The notes below the pieces were generated by a model. The model did no database searches and was not told the origin of the DNA. It saw only the letters and a program-made list of their open reading frames with translations. Positions 58,913 to 64,000 of a DNA stretch of 64,000 nucleotides are shown one piece after another. The position numbers and the translations under genes were made by a program. Source of the stretch: a virus. The stretch is from the IMG/VR virus record IMGVR_UViG_3300022818_000051, positions 1 to 64,000 of that record; one strand, 5' to 3'. The number at the start of each line of letters is the position of its first letter. Position 1 is the first letter of the stretch.

Positions 58913-59004
58913 AATCTTTAAATATTAACCCCCACGCAGCAGTGATAGCAGCACAACCACGCAGGGGCTTGAAAAATACCATGTTCGTCTATCTGCTTAT
59001 AGAC
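58913..59004 (-). promoter_or_regulatory. Structured 5' leader with two hairpins with complementary loops
   Basis: GTCTAT-AAGCAG-ATAGAC; 18-bp AGCCCC...GGGGTT stem with CTGCTAT loop. Confidence 0.6.
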
Positions 59005-59020
59005 TTCTTGTTCGCAATTA

Positions 59021-59476
59021 TTATTTTTTTTCTTCTCTACATTTTTTACACCAATTCCACATCCATCCATCATCATATATTTGCACGTCATCTTTTGACC
59101 CGCAATGTTCGCAGGTGGCTCCGCATTCTTCTTCGGCCTTATCTACCAATGCCTCTATAGCATCGGTAAAACTGCCATATACCCGCAGACCTGCATACTT
59201 ATCCTTTATGTCTGATATGCGCACACCCTTCGTTACGGATTCCAATACGTGCAGCCAAAAGAAGCTGCGGACATAAACTACACTTCCATTGGTGGCCAAT
59301 AAGTTAATAATATTTAACACCACGGCGGGAATATACCACGGTCGCACAAGTTTGTCAATGTCACGAATCAGCCGTAAGATAATCGGCTTCCATGGGTCGG
59401 GAACATTAGGGTAGGTGTAGCCGAGATAACCATAACCGATAAAGATGGAGCGGGGGGCGTGGGAAAAGTTAGTCAT
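59021..59476 (-). CDS. Conserved phage protein with C-terminal zinc finger; start re-assigned downstream of tRNA
   Basis: IKDKYAGLRVY motif, CEHCG...WCKKC. Confidence 0.7.
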   Translation of the reverse strand: MTNFSHAPRSIFIGYGYLGYTYPNVPDPWKPIILRLIRDIDKLVRPWYIPAVVLNIINLLATNGSVVYVRSFFWLHVLESVTKGVRISDIKDKYAGLRVYGSFTDAIEALVDKAEEECGATCEHCGSKDDVQIYDDGWMWNWCKKCREEKK

Positions 59477-59494
59477 AAAATCAGGGTCGTTAAT

Positions 59495-59569
59495 TGGTTG
59501 CGAGTCCGTGAATTGAACACGGGTCATGGGGATATGAACCCCATATACTAACCACTATACCAACTCGCA
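59495..59569 (-). tRNA. tRNA-Met(CAT), initiator-like, CCA encoded
   Basis: TGCGAGT/ACTCGCA acceptor, TGGGG-TTCATAT-CCCCA anticodon arm, CCGTG-TTCAATT-CACGG T arm, ACCA. Confidence 0.9.
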
Positions 59570-59680
59570 ATGCTATAGTCTCTCCTATTGTCACCCTTCT
59601 ATAAGGCACTCGGTGTTCGTTCCGTTAGGGTGTGCCAGATAATTTCGATTGACGGAATTCGCTTCACGTTTCGGGAATTG

Positions 59681-59752
59681 TTACAACAGACAGATTTGGA
59701 CTGCCGACCTTCAATTTATCAGACTGATGCTCTACCACTGAGCTATGTTGTA
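59681..59752 (-). tRNA. tRNA-Ile(GAT), no encoded CCA, T-loop TCCAAAT
   Basis: TACAACA/TGTTGTA acceptor, GCTC-AGTGGTA-GAGC D arm, TCAGT-CTGATAA-ATTGA anticodon arm. Confidence 0.85.
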
Positions 59753-59821
59753 ATTTTGGGAAGGCTTCCGATTCACATCGTACTTCCCTGCATATTATGA
59801 GAAAACATTAAAGTTGTACGA

Positions 59822-59853
59822 CAAAGATAGTATTTTATTTTGGATTGTGCAAA
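59822..59853 (-). promoter_or_regulatory. Bacteroidota-type promoter for tRNA operon
   Basis: TTTG-N20-TATCTTTG. Confidence 0.75.
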
Positions 59854-59869
59854 AAGTTCACAGTTTATT

Positions 59870-60232
59870 TTATTTTATTTCTAAACAACATTTTACAATC
59901 CATTCAACTAAATACGCATCCGCTTCAATACCTGTTATTTCTTCGCCCAAAAATTCCCACACCCTGCGTGCTATATGGGTTGCTTCATGTGTAATAATCG
60001 GAATATCTTTCTTTTTGCTTTTAAAGACTATTAAAAATGAGCTGGCTTTTGTCTCTTTGTTGATTATATTTCGATACGAATAAGCAATACCATTACACCA
60101 ATCAATTTCTAAAACTTCATCATCTGTTGATATAAAATTTTCTAAAACAGCTTGCAGGTTATCCGTATATGCTATATATAACCTTATCGGATATATTACA
60201 GGGTTGAACTCATGTATCTGCACTTTTTTCAT
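59870..60232 (-). CDS. HExxH-motif (zincin-like) phage protein
   Basis: ITHEATH ... EADAYL. Confidence 0.65.
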   Translation of the reverse strand: MKKVQIHEFNPVIYPIRLYIAYTDNLQAVLENFISTDDEVLEIDWCNGIAYSYRNIINKETKASSFLIVFKSKKKDIPIITHEATHIARRVWEFLGEEITGIEADAYLVEWIVKCCLEIK

Positions 60233-60354
60233 TGGTTTTTATTTTTTTTAATTAAATAGAATAAGCCAAAAAGGACGTTACTGCTAATTGGCTTATTTTG
60301 ACGCTCATAACATCTTAAACATGACTAATAATTGTAAATAAAAACGCAATCAGA

Positions 60355-60645
60355 TTACAGTCTCTCAAGTGTTTTGCCAGATTCAGTCATAATGAAGTAT
60401 GAGTTATTCCTGAGTGAGGTTGCTTTAAACACAAAAAATACCTTTTCGTTTTCTCCGATGATAAGAGATTCTATCTCTAAATCAGATTCAGAAGGGAATA
60501 AATCCTTCATAATTCTGCTAAATTCTTTTGAACACCCCTTCTCTATTTTGGTATAGGAAAGTCCAAGTTCAAAATTTTCAATAACCTGCTCAAATGGGAG
60601 TTTTTCATTTTCCCGCACTTCTTCGATAATTCTTAATGTGTACAT
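60355..60645 (-). CDS. Small protein with own promoter (moron-like)
   Basis: MYTLRII...FIMTESGKTLERL; TATCTTTG and hairpin upstream. Confidence 0.7.
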   Translation of the reverse strand: MYTLRIIEEVRENEKLPFEQVIENFELGLSYTKIEKGCSKEFSRIMKDLFPSESDLEIESLIIGENEKVFFVFKATSLRNNSYFIMTESGKTLERL

Positions 60646-60705
60646 ATCTGTATGTATTTATTACCCGAAAACTGTCGGGTGCAGTATTATTACAAAGATA
60701 CGATT

Positions 60706-61293
60706 TTAATTATGTATAAACAACGCCCTATCAATCTTTCTTATCAGCAACCCCATATCCACACACTTCCTGACGCATTCAACCGCAAATGCACCGTCTG
60801 CGCTATGATGGTCGTGCGTAAAGCCCACCTCTTTGGCTATATCCAGACGTACAATAAATTCACCCATGTCTATCTTGCATTCAGCCGTTTCGCATGAGAA
60901 ATAATCATAATGGTCGTAAGAATGCAGGCAGTCGCACATTACGAATCCTGTATCAGGAATGCACGCTGACAGCATTTGTTCGACAAATTCGGTGACATAA
61001 TAATTATCATCATTTGTAATCAGCACATAATCACCTTCTTCGTGCGGTATATTTTCAAGCATCCATTTCCTGTTCGGATGACCATAATTTCCCCTGCGCA
61101 GATGCGACACGATAAAATGTATCCGCGGCTCGTTGGCATATAGCGATGATGACCTGATTACCGCATCCGATGGGTCGCCGTCATGCACAAACCATAATTC
61201 CCAATCGGAACAGGTCTGCGCCAAAAAGCTATGGAGAAGTATTGTCATCTCCACAGGTCGCTCACATGCCACACAGATAACTTTTAGTTTCAT
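60706..61293 (-). CDS. Glycosyltransferase family 2-like
   Basis: SFLAQT..DWEL..VHDG, GDYVLITNDDNYY. Confidence 0.85.
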   Translation of the reverse strand: MKLKVICVACERPVEMTILLHSFLAQTCSDWELWFVHDGDPSDAVIRSSSLYANEPRIHFIVSHLRRGNYGHPNRKWMLENIPHEEGDYVLITNDDNYYVTEFVEQMLSACIPDTGFVMCDCLHSYDHYDYFSCETAECKIDMGEFIVRLDIAKEVGFTHDHHSADGAFAVECVRKCVDMGLLIRKIDRALFIHN

Positions 61294-61296
61294 AAC

Positions 61297-61998
61297 TTAT
61301 AGGGCGAATACCGCCCCTCTTATTCCGTTCTCCACTGATTTTCGCAATTCTTTCTCAGGCATAGCGTAGTGCCATGACCAGCCCTGTGACTTATTGAATT
61401 CACTGAGGCGGGAATTTAGGTAGCGGTTTCTATCTACTGTATATTGCACCGATAAGTGGCGCATGTGTAGGATTTTTATTCCGAGCGTTTCCTTTCGGAT
61501 TATACCTATTGGGTGGCAGCTATGACATCCCGGCGCATAATTTATTTCCGAAATTGCAGAAGGGCGGAACATTACACATTTTGTCGACGTGACATGGATG
61601 CCTTTATTCACTTGGTCTACTATCTGCCCATCAGTATCGGGGAATTTTGCACAATACATGTTCCACATTTCGGGTTCGATGATTGTAGCGTCAGTTGTTT
61701 CCAGTAACGCCAGTAGCTGCGAATGATAAACAAACTCGTCAGCATCGGCTACGATAACCCAGTCGGCTGAAGATAGCTTCCAGCAATTGTTTTTCGCTTG
61801 CAGATACCATGCGTTGTTGATTTCGTCAGGGGTGTTTATGTCCCAGACATGCGCATGTGCGGCCTGTGCCAGCGGGATGGAATTGTCCGTGCAGTTATTC
61901 GCCAAAATGGTCACGTCAGAGAATTGCTGATAATGCCTGATGGCATATGGCAGCAGACGCTCTTCGTTGTGGCAAAGGAGGAAGGTTTCGATGGTCAT
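61297..61998 (-). CDS. Glycosyltransferase family 2-like
   Basis: HNEE.LLPY, N.CTDNS, DWVIVADADEF. Confidence 0.85.
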   Translation of the reverse strand: MTIETFLLCHNEERLLPYAIRHYQQFSDVTILANNCTDNSIPLAQAAHAHVWDINTPDEINNAWYLQAKNNCWKLSSADWVIVADADEFVYHSQLLALLETTDATIIEPEMWNMYCAKFPDTDGQIVDQVNKGIHVTSTKCVMFRPSAISEINYAPGCHSCHPIGIIRKETLGIKILHMRHLSVQYTVDRNRYLNSRLSEFNKSQGWSWHYAMPEKELRKSVENGIRGAVFAL

Positions 61999-62183
61999 GG
62001 TCTATTCGTCAATTAATTCTGCCGATAACTTAAAGGTTTTCTCTCTGTCTGTGAATTGCAACCATCCATCTTTGCCGGCTTTCAATGTAAATGTAAATTC
62101 ATTACCATCACACCTCATACATTCCTTCGGCTCATTATTATCAAACTGATAATACACTACTGTTTTTTCCATAATTTTATTTA

Positions 62184-62516
62184 TTAATCAAATTCATAAT
62201 ATTCGCTACTCGCCGCAATAATCGTTCCGTATATACGTTCTGATTTATTCCATTTGCCATTTACGCAACTGAAGACTATTTTAAAAACCTTACAAGGAGG
62301 AAAAGACTGCGGAAAGGATGTGTAGTTAAATGAGGGTGACTCCTTATATATAAATTCAATAGTTTCGCCGACTTCTTGCGCTTCAATAAATGAAGGCATA
62401 TTATACAGAGAAGACGTCGTGCCTGAAGCATATATATTTACGCCTGTGCCTGATAGTCGATCTGCGCTCGCAGTACCCAAGGACACTGTGAGTCCTTTGT
62501 TTGTATTTGTTTCCAT
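62184..62516 (-). CDS. Hypothetical protein
   Basis: 110-aa ORF in operon. Confidence 0.6.
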   Translation of the reverse strand: METNTNKGLTVSLGTASADRLSGTGVNIYASGTTSSLYNMPSFIEAQEVGETIEFIYKESPSFNYTSFPQSFPPCKVFKIVFSCVNGKWNKSERIYGTIIAASSEYYEFD

Positions 62517-62518
62517 AA

Positions 62519-63076
62519 TTAAAAAGGCATTAAATTAAAAACCATGATAGTATTCTTAAACCATGGCAGCCGTGATACACTGCGCAGGTTGTGCGAAGCG
62601 TCCCTGCCATAAGAGTATCCTCGCCTGTCCATTTCGGCGATAATGTAGTCATTGTTGCGACAGTTCACATGCCCCTGTCCGCACTGACCTTCAACTGCCC
62701 ATGATAGGATAATCAGTTCAGGGTTGGGGCGCACGAGGTTGTCGAGGAATATCTGTTCGTATGGGGCGGGGATATGTTCGCCGACTTCAAGAGAAATAAC
62801 AATATCAAATACGCCAATATCTATCGGTTCGGAGAAATCACGCTGGCAGCACAATCCATTGGTAATTTTTTCGGTAAGAGGTGATCCGTCAAGTCCAACA
62901 CACGCAAACCCTTTACTTAGCAAATATTTTACATATGCCCCATTCCCGCAACCTATATCTACAATAATGGCGTCAAGGGTGCATTCTTTTGTTATAGCTT
63001 TCGCCAGCTTTTCGTCAAACATATGGCCGTTCACTAAATCTTCTGACAGCCAGCAGCCTGTTTCGCTAATGTTCAT
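62519..63076 (-). CDS. Class I SAM-dependent methyltransferase (glycan-type)
   Basis: VDIGCGNG, FD.VISLEVGEHI, G.GHVN. Confidence 0.88.
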   Translation of the reverse strand: MNISETGCWLSEDLVNGHMFDEKLAKAITKECTLDAIIVDIGCGNGAYVKYLLSKGFACVGLDGSPLTEKITNGLCCQRDFSEPIDIGVFDIVISLEVGEHIPAPYEQIFLDNLVRPNPELIILSWAVEGQCGQGHVNCRNNDYIIAEMDRRGYSYGRDASHNLRSVSRLPWFKNTIMVFNLMPF

Positions 63077-63078
63077 GG

Positions 63079-63315
63079 TTAATTATTTTCAAAAGTCACT
63101 TTGCCCGCGAATTTTACGAATAAAGTATCCAATATATGTTTGGAAACTTTATTAAGAATAAGTCCCCTACATTCATTATCAACAAGATAGATACCGTTAA
63201 AAATATCTCCTACTTGTTCATAAAACATCACAATAGAGCCGTTATCTATACGCTTCATTATTACTGGAAATCTCATTTGGTTAATACTCGCATTTTCAAT
63301 TACTTCTGTTTTCAT
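63079..63315 (-). CDS. Hypothetical protein
   Basis: FP..M....G.IV.F....G motif shared with N-terminus of 9600..10304. Confidence 0.6.
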   Translation of the reverse strand: MKTEVIENASINQMRFPVIMKRIDNGSIVMFYEQVGDIFNGIYLVDNECRGLILNKVSKHILDTLFVKFAGKVTFENN

Positions 63316-64000
63316 AATTTTAATTTTTTTGATTTATTAATCATTCCATTATATTCCTCTATCGCTGCATCCTTGTCAGCCATGTATTGCACACCCCAGC
63401 CATTAGTTTTGTTTATGTCCGACATTCGTGATTGCGTCAGGAAGTGCCGCTCCAAATGATAATTAAGGTCGATATATTTACAATGGAACAGATATATACC
63501 CCCTCCATCATAATAATTTACCCGACCAGTCGGGGCGCAGGCGTGACATCCTGCACTAAAATTTATCTCTGCAATCTCGTTTGGGTTAAACAATACCCGC
63601 TTGCCAAACCACGGATAATGATAACCGAAATCTATCGTTTCGTGCATTAACCGATGCGGTATATACACGGGGAACTTTTTGGATAAGAGTTGATAGATAA
63701 TGGGTAGGCATATTGTCTGCCTATTCGCCCGCATATTGACAAGTTCCCACTCTAAATCGTCCGACCACAGGGCTTCGTCAAAATCGCATATCACCACAAA
63801 GTCCGCATGACCACGGCTGGATTTCCAAATATTATTCTTGAATTCGGTAAGGATTTCATCGTTCACTTCGTCCTTCCACGGATAGTCTCGCAATTCGACA
63901 TTGAATCTCGTCTCGCCGCGCAGTATATCCTGCACGCCATCCGTAGAACCACAGTCATAGACATATACATTTGTTGCAAACCTCGCCCAATAATCCAGCA
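63312..64000 (-). CDS. Glycosyltransferase family 2-like, 5' end outside window; paralog of 61297..61998
   Basis: Frame open to the edge (YVYDCGSTDG), KNNIWK, DFVVICDFDE, GCH.C.P.G. Confidence 0.85.
   Translation of the reverse strand, partial: LDYWARFATNVYVYDCGSTDGVQDILRGETRFNVELRDYPWKDEVNDEILTEFKNNIWKSSRGHADFVVICDFDEALWSDDLEWELVNMRANRQTICLPIIYQLLSKKFPVYIPHRLMHETIDFGYHYPWFGKRVLFNPNEIAEINFSAGCHACAPTGRVNYYDGGGIYLFHCKYIDLNYHLERHFLTQSRMSDINKTNGWGVQYMADKDAAIEEYNGMINKSKKLKL

Noticed and set aside
59477-59527. N-terminal extension of ORF 59021..59527
   Set aside because: Overlaps the tRNA-Met gene; downstream ATG at 59476 preferred.
1-64000. Stop-codon reassignment as in some Bacteroidota phages
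   Set aside because: Long genes are intact under the standard code and no suppressor tRNA is present.

Overview
The window is most of a tailed (siphovirus-type) phage genome, inferred to infect a Bacteroidota host: many genes carry the Bacteroidota housekeeping promoter TTTG-N20-TAnnTTTG, and DUF3127-like SSB and DUF6371-like primase genes are present. Layout: 1-5.3 kb rightward recombination/helicase/methylase genes; 5.5-17.9 kb leftward replication genes (SSB, VRR-NUC, Toprim primase, Dam-like methylase, P4/D5 helicase); 17.9-19.75 kb non-coding control region with an iteron origin and an array of palindromic sites; 19.75-31.4 kb rightward small 'early' genes with a serine recombinase and a solo TnpB element; 31.5-55.2 kb leftward late operon (capsid, neck, tail, tape measure, 1944-aa tail tip/depolymerase, DGR-type target protein, lysis genes); intein-containing terminase large subunit divergent from it; two tRNAs; and a glycosyltransferase/methyltransferase cluster running off the right edge. 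Most notable: (1) all three free-standing HNH endonuclease genes are preceded by the same two-hairpin RNA architecture whose loops are mutually complementary but have a different sequence at each gene (putative orthogonal kissing-loop attenuators); (2) an apparent fossil diversity-generating retroelement with variable region and hairpin intact but only a stub of the template repeat and no RT in the window; (3) a Com-like zinc-ribbon gene plus terminator gating the late operon; (4) a 25-bp-period AGTGT-N7-ACACT array; (5) a class 3 intein starting with Glu. All calls are from motif recognition by eye; no database searches or folding software were run.
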